Source: Cyanobacteria bacterium P01_A01_bin.123
GTDB lineage: Bacteria > Cyanobacteriota > Cyanobacteriia > Phormidesmidales > Phormidesmidaceae
Assembly (NCBI GenBank): GCA_039815185.1
Contig: JBCBZT010000018.1
Coordinates: forward strand, 66,994-130,993
Reading direction: 5' to 3'
Length of the DNA stretch: 64,000 bases
Shown here: piece after piece, positions 62,437-64,000 of the stretch
Layout of the letters: every line of letters begins with the position of its first letter
Position numbering within the stretch: the stretch's first letter is position 1
Program-made: the position numbers and the translations under genes
Notes under the pieces: model-generated
The model's input: the letters and a program-made list of their open reading frames with translations, nothing else
Told to the model about the DNA's origin: nothing
Database searches by the model: none

Positions 62437-62486
62437 AAAAGCTGGTTCAAACCATCATGGGCAGAACGCAATGAATCTCAACAATC

Positions 62487-64000
<1,514 letters not shown>

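Overview
Chromosomal window from a cyanobacterium (abundant HIP1 octamer GCGATCGC; psbD-psbC, psbZ, ftrV, cruA, desC). The presence of hetR with a patX-like neighbour points to a filamentous, probably non-heterocystous lineage (inference). About 1-37,500 and 57,000-64,000 are core cyanobacterial genes, plus tRNA-Gly(GCC), the Yfr1 sRNA and an unannotated 31-aa membrane microprotein. About 37,600-56,900 is a mosaic accessory island: MalT/LuxR and MerR-ClpN regulators, several SAM methyltransferases, an orphan antitoxin, a CHAT protease and nested direct repeats. Highlights: (1) a complete-looking T-box riboswitch with an ultra-short Stem I, Asp (GAC) specifier and matching discriminator-reading bulge, upstream of a foreign archaeal-type aspS plus cysS operon, which is unexpected in cyanobacteria; (2) a PatX-like precursor carrying five RGSGR motifs directly upstream of hetR; (3) an AT-rich, HIP1-free two-gene module (DarT-like ADP-ribosyltransferase plus an unknown Zn-binding protein) ending in an integron attC-like site, a candidate new defence or toxin-antitoxin system; (4) tiny mobile palindromes inserted in frame in the MalT-like gene. 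All family calls are from motif recognition by eye; no database searches were run.
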